From contig JBEKUX010000009.1 of assembly GCA_049514575.1 (NCBI GenBank), forward strand, positions 15,146-79,145: a DNA stretch of 64,000 nt. Direction: 5' to 3'. Both the position numbers and the translations under genes were made by a program. Origin of the DNA: Chitinispirillaceae bacterium (GTDB lineage: Bacteria > Fibrobacterota > Chitinivibrionia > Chitinivibrionales > Chitinispirillaceae). Below the pieces are notes generated by a model that was not told where the DNA came from, did not search any database, and saw nothing but the letters and a program-made list of their open reading frames with translations. Shown in pieces: positions 1-8,515 of the stretch; within the stretch, counting starts at the first letter, position 1; each line of letters begins with the position of its first letter.

Positions 1-2019
1 ATACCGCAGCCGCAGCGAGTCCTTGACGCGCGCAAACGCCCCGATCCGGTAGCAGTATTGGACAAGAGGGAAAGCGTCGGCGGCCGTCTCGCCGTTCGCG
101 CCAAAAAGCCGGCGGTTGATGCGATACACGCTCTCGACGCCCAGAATGTTGTTCGAGGTGGCAAGCAGATCGAAAACATACTGGCACCCCTCAAAAATGT
201 TGTAATGGTTATGGACGACATAGGTCTTGCCGCGGACCGCGCTCGAAAAAAAAACGGCGCCCCACGGCCTGCCGTGCTTCATTTCAAGCGTTCGTTTCCA
301 CGGCACGCTGTCGAGCACCTCGACGCAGTCGTTCCATTTCCGGTACGGCAGAAAATTCCCCAGATCAAAGTTGAGCGCGTTGAAAATCGGTTTTGCGGTC
401 GAGGAGCCGTTCGGCGTGCGGTTCCGCAGCAGGCACGAAAGCCTCGAGCCGAGCCGGTCCTTGGAATAATAGGCTAACAGCCTGCCCGTGCGCGAGTCCA
501 TGATACTGTAGGCAAAATACTGTCCGTCGGCAATGACCGGCCTGCGGAACCAGGTCGAGGAACTGCGGCGGTAACGGTTCCGCCCCAGCTTCCGGTAGTT
601 GACATTGACAAAAACGCTGTCGCCGGGATTGAGGGTCGTGATGTCAAGGGACGATGTTTCTCTAAAGTCTATAGGTTCCCGCAGAATCAGCACGGTGCGG
701 AGGGTGTCTTTTGGCGGGAGCGGACGCATAACGACCGAATCGCTTTGTGCGATGCAGAGTTCGGCAGTGATCGTCGTATCCGGGCCGTAGCCGCGGCCGT
801 TTACCAGGGTTTCCAGCGTCTTCTGGAGCGCTGCATCAACGGTCAGGGAAATCCTGAGGTTCCCCTTTTTCCGGATGAGCGACGCGGGGTCAATGAGGTC
901 CATCTGCCCGTACTGTTCTTCGGAAAAGCCGCTCTGCCGCAGCGTCAGAAGCCAGAATTCATTCGCCAGATCAACAAGCGACCCGTAGGTCGCATCGACC
1001 TTTTTCGGATGAGTGAAGGTGAGCGTGTCGATCTGCGCAAGAACCTCACGCTGTTTCTTCGCGTCCCACCCCAGCGCCTTTCCCATGCGCGGCATGTCGA
1101 CACGGCACTGTGCGGCTATTTTCTTCCGGACGTTTCTGCCCCATTTTACCATGCGGGAAAGGTAGATGCACTGCGCATCGCTGAGCTCCCCCAGTTCCCT
1201 GTTGAAAAGTCCGGCGGCAATGTCCTTATAGCCGACCAGGCCATAGTCGCTCGTGACGCAGTGATTGCAATAGACTTCCATAATGCCGTCGGGACCGTAT
1301 TGCCTGCGCAGCGCTGCGGCAAGCCGGAGCTCCCGCAGTTTCCGGTCGATGGAACGGCTGACATGGCGCCTGCCGGCCGCATCGAGGCGCGAGATGAAGA
1401 GCTTCGCCACCTGCTGGGTAATGGTCGAGGTGCCGCGCATGGGCTGGCGGTGCAGGGTAAAAACGGAATGGAGTGCGGCGCGTATCGCGGCGCGCACAAA
1501 ACTTCCGAATTCGAACCCGACGGTATTGGTCCGGAACGTCTGGTCCTCGGCAGCGATTATCGCGGTGGTAAGGGTCGCTGGGAATTCGTTTATCGGTGCG
1601 CGGCTGTGATCGGTCCTGATGACCGCAAGTTGCCTGCCCTTGCGGTCAATGATCTCAATGGTGTTGGAGTAGGTCCGGATCTCGCGCAACCGTTCGATTA
1701 TGGACAGTGACGGATAATCGGCGAGCACAATGCCGTCAACAACGCGGACCTGGCTGGCCGTGTCGGCGGGCTGATGCCTGACAATGCTCTGCGCATTTTT
1801 TTCCATGGTCTGGCCCGCGAGCACGTCCTGCCAGCCCGCTCCGAACTCTTTTGAAAGCAGACCGCGTTTTTCGAGGTCGACAAGCCTTAGGCTCCATGAA
1901 TCGAAGTAGCGGTTCACGCAATAGTTTGCAAAAAAATAGGCCGGATAAGCGCTTGCAATAATTATTCCAAGAATAATCAGTGAGATTATCAGCAGTTTTT
2001 TTACAGGGAATTTGTTCAT
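1..2019 (-). CDS. Class A (bifunctional) penicillin-binding protein; C-terminus truncated by the window edge
   Basis: Absent from the ORF track because it has no stop inside the window. Hand translation of the minus strand from ATG 2019 stays open for all 673 codons. It shows MNKFPVKKLLIISLIILGIIIASAY (membrane anchor), AAEDQTFRTN and RGTSTITQQVAK (GT51 glycosyltransferase motifs), and NGSSTAKPIF (SxxK transpeptidase motif). Track ORFs 58..477, 745..1710 and 1146..1499 are alternative-frame shadows of it. Confidence 0.85.
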   Translation of the reverse strand, partial: MNKFPVKKLLIISLIILGIIIASAYPAYFFANYCVNRYFDSWSLRLVDLEKRGLLSKEFGAGWQDVLAGQTMEKNAQSIVRHQPADTASQVRVVDGIVLADYPSLSIIERLREIRTYSNTIEIIDRKGRQLAVIRTDHSRAPINEFPATLTTAIIAAEDQTFRTNTVGFEFGSFVRAAIRAALHSVFTLHRQPMRGTSTITQQVAKLFISRLDAAGRRHVSRSIDRKLRELRLAAALRRQYGPDGIMEVYCNHCVTSDYGLVGYKDIAAGLFNRELGELSDAQCIYLSRMVKWGRNVRKKIAAQCRVDMPRMGKALGWDAKKQREVLAQIDTLTFTHPKKVDATYGSLVDLANEFWLLTLRQSGFSEEQYGQMDLIDPASLIRKKGNLRISLTVDAALQKTLETLVNGRGYGPDTTITAELCIAQSDSVVMRPLPPKDTLRTVLILREPIDFRETSSLDITTLNPGDSVFVNVNYRKLGRNRYRRSSSTWFRRPVIADGQYFAYSIMDSRTGRLLAYYSKDRLGSRLSCLLRNRTPNGSSTAKPIFNALNFDLGNFLPYRKWNDCVEVLDSVPWKRTLEMKHGRPWGAVFFSSAVRGKTYVVHNHYNIFEGCQYVFDLLATSNNILGVESVYRINRRLFGANGETAADAFPLVQYCYRIGAFARVKDSLRLRY

Positions 2020-2050
2020 TACCATAACCATAAAATACATAAAACAAATA

Positions 2051-2387
2051 TTTGGGATGGCTGAGCCAGATAGAAAGGAAAATGTTTTTCCATTAGCTAA
2101 AGGCACCCGATTGGGTGTGGGGTGGGCAACATTGTGCTGAACCAGACGTCGTTTGACCCCCACCCTCAAGCTTTAGTGGCGTTGAAATCAAAATAAAGAT
2201 TTTATGTTTTAACTTAACGATACTTGCGGGTACGGGTAACCGATGCTTTAAATCTGCCTGCCTCACGTAAAAAACGATTTTTCTTTAACCGAAACAAAGC
2301 TTGTGGGTGCGGGTTAACGAATGCTCATGCCTGCACGGACGGTGCCCACCCGACACCCTCCCCAAGAGCCTTTAGCAAAAGAAAAAA
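2051..2387 (+). repeat. Composite intergenic repeat locus A: box1 plus two G-tract/C-tract units, the second shared with locus 55799..55935
   Basis: Box1 TTTGGGATGGCTGAGCC lies at 2051-2067 and recurs at 32984-33000 and 60674-60689. Unit 1 (~2109-2182) reads GGGTGTGGGGTGGG...GACCCCCACCC..CTTTAG. Unit 2 (2259-2387) shares blocks with 55799-55935: TGCCTCACG, GTGGGTG(C/G)GGGT, CCTGCAC, CGGTGCCCACCC and GCCTTTAGCAAAAGAAAAA. Confidence 0.6.
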
Positions 2388-2450
2388 TAACCTAAACATT
2401 ATATATAGAGATCGGGGCACGCCCGGAAGATAATAGTGAAATTATAGGTA

Positions 2451-3047
2451 TTATTTTTTCACTTCCACCATCTTTTTTATCATCCCCACATTGGGAATCA
2501 CATAATCTGCCACCGAGAGCAGGGTGAAAATTGCCGGGATCACCATGACCCAGAAACCGGGGTGAAATCCCCACAGCCGCATCGGCATCCAAGGCACATG
2601 ATACATCTGCAACGCAACGACGATTAAGACGCCGAACGTCCCCATACCCTGAAGCACCGCTTTCATTTTTCCGGATGGCCGAGCGGCAAGCACAAACCCG
2701 CCCGAAGCGCAGATGATACGGAGCAGCTGCAGAAACGCGTCGCGGTAGAAAAAAACGAGGTACAGCCACCAGGGAATGATGCCGGCGACCATGAATGAAA
2801 TGAACATGGTCTGGCGTGAAAGGCTGTCCGCCACCGGATCGAACACTTTGCCGAAATCCGTGACCTGGTGCCGCGCCCGGGCAACGCGTCCGTCAATCAT
2901 GTCCGTGATTTCGATCAGCAGGGCGAGCGCTGCGCAGATCCATATCCATGCAACGGTATGCGCGTGCGTAAATCCGGTGATGAAAAACAGGGCGAACACC
3001 GGCGCAATGATGACGCGAGCAAGGGTTATCACGATTGCAGGATTCAT
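2451..3047 (-). CDS. CDP-alcohol phosphatidyltransferase (PgsA-like)
   Basis: DMIDGRVARARHQVTDFGKVFDPVADSL matches the D-G-x2-A-R-x8-G-x3-D-x3-D signature, and the protein has several hydrophobic segments. I moved the start to ATG 3047, which has GGAGCA 7 nt upstream, rather than the track's TTG 3065. Confidence 0.8.
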   Translation of the reverse strand: MNPAIVITLARVIIAPVFALFFITGFTHAHTVAWIWICAALALLIEITDMIDGRVARARHQVTDFGKVFDPVADSLSRQTMFISFMVAGIIPWWLYLVFFYRDAFLQLLRIICASGGFVLAARPSGKMKAVLQGMGTFGVLIVVALQMYHVPWMPMRLWGFHPGFWVMVIPAIFTLLSVADYVIPNVGMIKKMVEVKK

Positions 3048-3159
3048 TTTTTCTGCTCCAGCCAACAGGAAAATTGCTTCTGCCTTGCATAAAACACAAT
3101 CAAAATATGGCCGGACGCCGGAAGCATCTTGTCGGCAGGGATTTAATTATTTTCATGCT

Positions 3160-3390
3160 ATGCGAAACGGGGCTTTTCCCATGCGTTCATCGATAACGGT
3201 TCCCTTCCGGTTCCTGTTTTTCACCGTAACGATGGCGGTTAAAATCATCGGGTTTATTATCGGCTTCGGTTTCCGGGCATTACGCTTTGCTGCGGGCCGC
3301 TCTTTTGCACTCCTTTTTGCCGCAGCCATCGGGCTGTTTCTGGGCCGTAAACTGTTTTCTGAAAAAAGAGATAAGCGTCATCTTCCCTGA
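3160..3390 (+). CDS. Possible small two-TM membrane protein (76 aa)
   Basis: This is the 3' part of track ORF 2776..3390 that lies outside the pgsA shadow: MRNGAFPMRSSITVPFRFLFFTVTMAVKIIGFIIGFGFRALRFAAGRSFALLFAAAIGLFLGRKLF. It has two hydrophobic helices but no clear RBS and no recognisable family. Confidence 0.25.
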   Translation: MRNGAFPMRSSITVPFRFLFFTVTMAVKIIGFIIGFGFRALRFAAGRSFALLFAAAIGLFLGRKLFSEKRDKRHLP

Positions 3391-3395
3391 ATCCG

Positions 3396-3785
3396 TTATT
3401 TTTTCATCCCTGTGCCTTTCGTATCCGCAGCTTTTCCCGCCGTGTCCGGCGCCCCACCGGTTTCGATCTTTTCCGCCGCTTGTCCCATCTTTTCAAGTTT
3501 TTTCAGGTATTTTTCCGGATTTTTCCTGAGTTTTGCAAGGCATCCCTCGCAGCAGACATAGATCCTTTTCCCTTTGTAATCGACATAGAGGTTTTTGTCA
3601 ATAGCGCCGCCCATGACAGGGCAGGTGGTCTGCGGTTTGAGCTGTTTTGTTTTTTCGACGCCAGCGACGCCGGCATTCGCTGTTGTTGCTTTTCCGGTGT
3701 CGGGCTGCCCGCTCTGTGCAAAAGCAATTGCTGCTGAAAACATTGCGACCGCGAAAGCTATAACAACTTTTCTCGAAAAATTCAT
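3396..3785 (-). CDS. Secreted YHS/TRASH-type Cys-motif metal-binding protein
   Basis: Signal peptide MNFSRKVVIAFAVAMFSAAIAFAQ. CPVMGGAIDKN...YVCCEGCLAKLRKNPEKY resembles the YHS/TRASH metal-binding pattern. Its ATG overlaps the cusA-like stop (ATGA at 3782-3785), which implies translational coupling. Confidence 0.7.
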   Translation of the reverse strand: MNFSRKVVIAFAVAMFSAAIAFAQSGQPDTGKATTANAGVAGVEKTKQLKPQTTCPVMGGAIDKNLYVDYKGKRIYVCCEGCLAKLRKNPEKYLKKLEKMGQAAEKIETGGAPDTAGKAADTKGTGMKK

Positions 3786-6700
3786 ACTGCCTCCTGTTGT
3801 TGAGATTTATGGCGAATGTACTTTTTTTTCCAAAGGTAATATATCGCCGGAAATACCAGCAGTTCCATGATCACCGACGTAGACACTCCTCCCACCATGG
3901 GTGCGGCAATGCGTTTCATGACATCGGAACCGGTACCTGTGCTCCACATGATGGGCAGCAAACCCGCCATGATCACCGATGCGGTCATGATTTTGGGCCG
4001 TACGCGCTTGACCGCCCCGTGGTCGATGGCGGCCTTGAGGTCTTTAAGCGAATTGAGAAGACCACGGCTCCTGGCCGCTTCGTATGCCTGATCGAGATAT
4101 AAGAGCATAACTACCCCGGTCTCGGCACTGAGTCCTGCAAGCGCAATGATCCCGACCCACACCGCCAAGCTCATGTTGAAGCCGAGGAGATACAAATACC
4201 ACACGGTGCCGACAAGAGAGAATGGCACGGCCAGAAGGATGATCGACGTTTTAATAATCGATTTCGTATTAAGAAAAAGGATGATGAATATGATGAACAG
4301 TGTCATGGGAATGACCACCATGAGCCGCTTCTGGCTGCGCTGCATGAACTCGTATTCGCCGCTCCAGATGATGCTGTAGCCGGTCGGGAGCTTGACCTTC
4401 GCAGCCACTGTTTTTTGCGCCTGACGAATGTAGCTGCCCATGTCGGTCCCCCGCATGTCCACAAACACCCAAGCCGAAGGCCTACTGTCTTCGCTGCGGA
4501 TCACCATGGGTCCCTTGTTGATCTCGAAATCTGCCACCTGACCGAGCGGCACCTGCTGACTACCCATTACAGTCTGTGGACCACCCATACCAGCCGGCTG
4601 ACCACTACCTCCCTTTCCGGTGACGAGCACGTGCTTGAGCGCCTCGATATTGTCGCGCAGCTCCCGGCTGTACCGCAAGTTCACCGTATAGCGTTCGAGC
4701 CCTTCGACGGTCGTCGTGATACTCATGCCGCCGAGCGCGGTCTGGATGACCGACTGGATATCATTGACGTTGAGACCATAGCGCCCGGCTTTGAACCGGT
4801 TGATCTTGATGTCAAGGTAGTTGCCGCCCACGGCGCGCTCCGCGAACGCCGAGGTCGTGTACGGCGCCGCGCGCACGGCGGCCTCCACCTCCTTGCCGAG
4901 GATTTGCAGTGTGTCAAGATTCGGGCCGGATATTTTTATGCCGACCGGCGTCTTGATGCCGGTGGAGAGCATGTCGGTGCGCGTTTTGATGGGCATGGTC
5001 CAAGCGTTGGTGAGTCCGGGGAATTTTATCGTCTCATCAAGCTGTTGTACGAGTTTTTCGGGCGTCATGCCCGGCCGCCACTCTTTTTCCGGCTTGAGCA
5101 TGATGATGGTTTCCAGCATGTCGAGACCTGCGGGGTCGGTCGCGGTCTCTGCCCGGCCCGCCTTGCCGAACACGCGCTCGACTTCCGGAAACGTACGAAT
5201 GATCCTGTCAGTCTGTTGAAGGATCTCTTTCGCCTTGGTGATGGAAACGCCGGGCAGCGTCGTGGGCATGTAAAGCAGGTCGCCCTCGTAGAGCGGCGGC
5301 ATGAACTCGGAACCGAGTTTCGTGAAGGGAAGCACCGTAACGGCCACGATGACAATGGCGGAGACGATCACCGTTTTCGGCCATCGAACGACAAAGTTGA
5401 CTATGGGGTGATACATGGAAATGAGGAACCGGTTAAGCGGGTTCGCGTTCTCTGGTCGTATTTTCCCGCGCACGAAATACCCCATGAGCACCGGTACGAT
5501 GGTGACGGCAAGTATCGCCGATGCGGCCATGGAATATGTTTTTGTAAAGGCTAAAGGTTTAAATAGGCGGCCTTCCTGCGCTTCGAGCGTAAAGATCGGG
5601 ATAAACGAGACGGTGATGACGAGAAGCGACCAGAACAGTGGCGGCCCCACCTCCTTTGACGCCCGTAGAATTACCTCCCAGTGCGGCAACCGCTCCGCAG
5701 GGGGTTTTGCATTCTCCGCCTCGATGTGTTTGTGCGCATTTTCGATCATGATGATGGCCGCATCCACCATAGCGCCGATGGCGATGGCGATGCCGCCGAG
5801 CGACATGATGTTGGCGTTGAGTCCCTGCATCCGCATCACATAGAAAGCCATGAGAATCGCCGTCGGCAGGGTAAAAACCGCCACAAATGCGCTTCGAGCG
5901 TGAAAAAGGAATATGATGCAGACGAGCGCCACAATCAGGATCTCTTCGAACAACTTGTCGCGGAGGTTTGCAATGGCACGCTCGATGAGTGCCGAGCGGT
6001 CGTATGTCGGAACGATCTGCACATCAGGCGGCAGTCCGGCCTTGAGCACTTCGATTTTCTTCTTCACGGCCTTGATGATTTTCTGCGCATTTTCGCCGAA
6101 CCTGATGACCACGATGCCGCCCGCAACCTCTCCTTTTCCATCAAGATCGGCAAGCCCCCGCCTCATTTCGGGCCCCAGCGCCACATCGGCAATGTCACCG
6201 ATGCGGACCGTAATGCCGCGCTGCATATCGGTCTTGACAGGGATGTTTTTTATATCGTCGATGGATTTTATGTAGCCGAGACCCCTGATCATGAACTCCA
6301 TTTCCGCCATTTCGATGACCTCTCCACCCACGTCAGCATTGGCGTTTTTTATCGCCATCTCGATGTCGCCTACCGGGATACCGTACGCCTGCAGTTTCGC
6401 CGGGTCAACGGTCACTTGGTACTGCTTGACAAACCCGCCGATACTCGCCACTTCTGATACGCCCTCGATGCTTGACAATCCATATTTCAGATACCAGTCC
6501 TGGTAGGAGCGCAGCTCCTGCAGCGAGCGCTTGGGCGAGGTGAGGGCGTATTCATACACCCAGCCAACGCCCGTGGCATCAGGCCCGAGCGTGGGCAACA
6601 CCCCGACGGGCAAACGCTTCTGGGCATAGTTCAGGTACTCGAGTACGCGGCTGCGCGCCCAGTAAATGTCGGTGCCATCCTTGAAAATGACGTAAACGAG

Positions 6701-6973
6701 CGAGTAGCCGAAAAACGAATACCCGCGCACCACACGCGCCCCGGGGACCGACAAAAGGGACGTGGTCAGCGGATAGGTCACCTGGTCTTCGACGATGCGG
6801 GGCGACTGGCCTTCATATTCGGTATATACGATGACCTGTACATCAGAAAGATCCGGGATCGCGTCGACCGGTGTCGTCATGATCGCCCACACGCCGGCGC
6901 CGATAGCGAAGACCGTGAACATGATCACGAGAAGTTTGTTTTTAATTGACCATTCGATGAGTTTTTCAAGCAT
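3782..6973 (-). CDS. cusA: Heavy-metal efflux RND permease (CusA/CzcA family)
   Basis: 1063 aa with RND architecture: N-terminal TM, two large periplasmic loops and about 12 hydrophobic segments. It is tightly packed with the MFP and OMF genes upstream. The family call is by recall of HME-RND pumps and the Cu/Ag-type features of its partners. Confidence 0.9.
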   Translation of the reverse strand: MLEKLIEWSIKNKLLVIMFTVFAIGAGVWAIMTTPVDAIPDLSDVQVIVYTEYEGQSPRIVEDQVTYPLTTSLLSVPGARVVRGYSFFGYSLVYVIFKDGTDIYWARSRVLEYLNYAQKRLPVGVLPTLGPDATGVGWVYEYALTSPKRSLQELRSYQDWYLKYGLSSIEGVSEVASIGGFVKQYQVTVDPAKLQAYGIPVGDIEMAIKNANADVGGEVIEMAEMEFMIRGLGYIKSIDDIKNIPVKTDMQRGITVRIGDIADVALGPEMRRGLADLDGKGEVAGGIVVIRFGENAQKIIKAVKKKIEVLKAGLPPDVQIVPTYDRSALIERAIANLRDKLFEEILIVALVCIIFLFHARSAFVAVFTLPTAILMAFYVMRMQGLNANIMSLGGIAIAIGAMVDAAIIMIENAHKHIEAENAKPPAERLPHWEVILRASKEVGPPLFWSLLVITVSFIPIFTLEAQEGRLFKPLAFTKTYSMAASAILAVTIVPVLMGYFVRGKIRPENANPLNRFLISMYHPIVNFVVRWPKTVIVSAIVIVAVTVLPFTKLGSEFMPPLYEGDLLYMPTTLPGVSITKAKEILQQTDRIIRTFPEVERVFGKAGRAETATDPAGLDMLETIIMLKPEKEWRPGMTPEKLVQQLDETIKFPGLTNAWTMPIKTRTDMLSTGIKTPVGIKISGPNLDTLQILGKEVEAAVRAAPYTTSAFAERAVGGNYLDIKINRFKAGRYGLNVNDIQSVIQTALGGMSITTTVEGLERYTVNLRYSRELRDNIEALKHVLVTGKGGSGQPAGMGGPQTVMGSQQVPLGQVADFEINKGPMVIRSEDSRPSAWVFVDMRGTDMGSYIRQAQKTVAAKVKLPTGYSIIWSGEYEFMQRSQKRLMVVIPMTLFIIFIILFLNTKSIIKTSIILLAVPFSLVGTVWYLYLLGFNMSLAVWVGIIALAGLSAETGVVMLLYLDQAYEAARSRGLLNSLKDLKAAIDHGAVKRVRPKIMTASVIMAGLLPIMWSTGTGSDVMKRIAAPMVGGVSTSVIMELLVFPAIYYLWKKKYIRHKSQQQEAV

Positions 6974-7000
6974 AAAAAATTCCTAACGAGATCATTGTTT

Positions 7001-8515
7001 TTATTTACCCATATCCATTCCCGGCATGTTCATCTGCCCGGAATCGCTTCCATTCTGCGTCGAAGGCATGGCTGGTTTCTCTTCCTGCTGCGCTTGCCCG
7101 GACACGGACATCGGCGTCTCCGTGCCGCTCATCTGCCCTATAGCCGCTTTCAAATTCGACTCGGAGTCGATGAGAAACTGCGATGAGGTCACGACGGTCT
7201 GGCCTTCGTGGAGGCCTGCCAGGATCTGGACATATCCTTCGGCGCTCATGCCGAGCTTTACCTCCTGAGGCTTGAAATAGCCGTTGCCAAGCGAAACGAT
7301 GACGATGTTCCGCTGTCCGGTATGGATAACCGCCTGCTGCGAAACGGAAAGCACGTTTCGCGAAAGGGGCGATTGTACCGTCACGTTCGCAAACATCTGC
7401 GGTTTAAGCTGCAAATCCGCAGTGTTGCGGACAGCGATACGGACGGCCGCGGTTTTGGTCGATGCGTCGAGCACCGGCGAAATAAACTGGACCTTGCCCC
7501 TGAACGTCCTGCCGTCAATAGACGGCACGTCGATCGTCGCCTCAGTCCCGATTTTAACATAAGGCAGGTCCTCCTGGTAGACATTGGCTATGGCCCATAC
7601 CTCCGAGAGGTCGGCGACTTTATAGAGCTCCATGCCGGGCATGACGTTCTGGCCGGACACCACCATTTTCTCAAGCACCACGCCGTCTGAGGGCGCAAAA
7701 ATGGTCATGGTGCGCTTCGCCGTACCCCGGTCCTCAAGCGCCGCCAGTTCGCTTTCGGGAATGTCCCAGTTTAAAAGACGCCGTTTGCTGCTTTCGACAA
7801 GGTCTGCCGCGCCTTTGCGCGCATTGTCCGAAGTGCCCTCAGGCAGATTTTTCAGGTAACGTACCGCCTGCAGATACTCATCCTGCGTACTGACAAGGTC
7901 CGGGCTGTAGATCTCTAAAAGCGGCTGTCCCTTTTTCACGGTCTGGCCGGTATAATCGATATAGAGCTTTTCGATCCACCCCATGATCTTGGTGTTGACG
8001 ATGCTTATTGCTCTCTCGTTAAGGTCGATATTGGCGGATACATGGATCTCCTTTTTCAGGTCGCGCGCGGCAACCGTCTCGGTCGTCACGCCCATGTCCT
8101 GTATCGTAGTCGGGTCGATTTTTACCACTCCCGCTTCACCTCCCGCCTCGTCTTCATACACCGGCACAAGATCCATGCCGTCCGGCGCCTTACCGGGCTT
8201 GTCCGAGACATGCGAAGGGTTCATGGCATCGCGATAATAAAGAACCTTGCGTTCCTTTTTGCTCTCCGAGCTTCCCGCCGGGCCCTCTGTCGCTGCCGGA
8301 GCATTGACCGGCACGAGCTTCATCCCGCAAATGGGACAGTCCCCGGGTTTGTCCGACAGGTAATTCGGGTGCATAGGACAATGGTAGATTTGCTTCTGGG
8401 AAGAAATTCGGTTCCCTTTATTTACCTTATGACAAGAAATAAGCACCGATGGCACACCGGCAAGCGCAAGTGCGCTGAGCAGGGTAATGACGATTGTCTT
8501 GTTTAACCGAATCAT
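7001..8515 (-). CDS. cusB: Efflux RND periplasmic adaptor (CusB-like lipoprotein) with N-terminal heavy-metal-binding modules
   Basis: Lipobox VLISC at Cys28. YHCPMHPNYLSDKPGDCPICGMKLVPV is an HMBD-type motif and is followed by a Cys-less paralogous copy. The body is MFP-like (barrel-sandwich/beta-barrel). The C-terminal tail is Met-rich (GQMNMPGMDMGK). It overlaps the OMF gene by 4 nt. Confidence 0.88.
   Translation of the reverse strand: MIRLNKTIVITLLSALALAGVPSVLISCHKVNKGNRISSQKQIYHCPMHPNYLSDKPGDCPICGMKLVPVNAPAATEGPAGSSESKKERKVLYYRDAMNPSHVSDKPGKAPDGMDLVPVYEDEAGGEAGVVKIDPTTIQDMGVTTETVAARDLKKEIHVSANIDLNERAISIVNTKIMGWIEKLYIDYTGQTVKKGQPLLEIYSPDLVSTQDEYLQAVRYLKNLPEGTSDNARKGAADLVESSKRRLLNWDIPESELAALEDRGTAKRTMTIFAPSDGVVLEKMVVSGQNVMPGMELYKVADLSEVWAIANVYQEDLPYVKIGTEATIDVPSIDGRTFRGKVQFISPVLDASTKTAAVRIAVRNTADLQLKPQMFANVTVQSPLSRNVLSVSQQAVIHTGQRNIVIVSLGNGYFKPQEVKLGMSAEGYVQILAGLHEGQTVVTSSQFLIDSESNLKAAIGQMSGTETPMSVSGQAQQEEKPAMPSTQNGSDSGQMNMPGMDMGK

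Noticed and set aside
745-1710. A 321-aa + strand ORF at the left end, the only large ORF the track offers there.
   Set aside because: The minus strand of the same region encodes an uninterrupted PBP with GT51 and SxxK motifs (1..2019). The + ORF is its shadow.
2224-2433. Small ORFs inside the repeat-bearing spacers (2224..2433, 33103..33324, 60706..61023, and the 5' part of 55803..56633).
   Set aside because: They have no RBS and odd composition, and they span repeat blocks that are conserved at the DNA level in different frames. This is more consistent with non-coding repeats.
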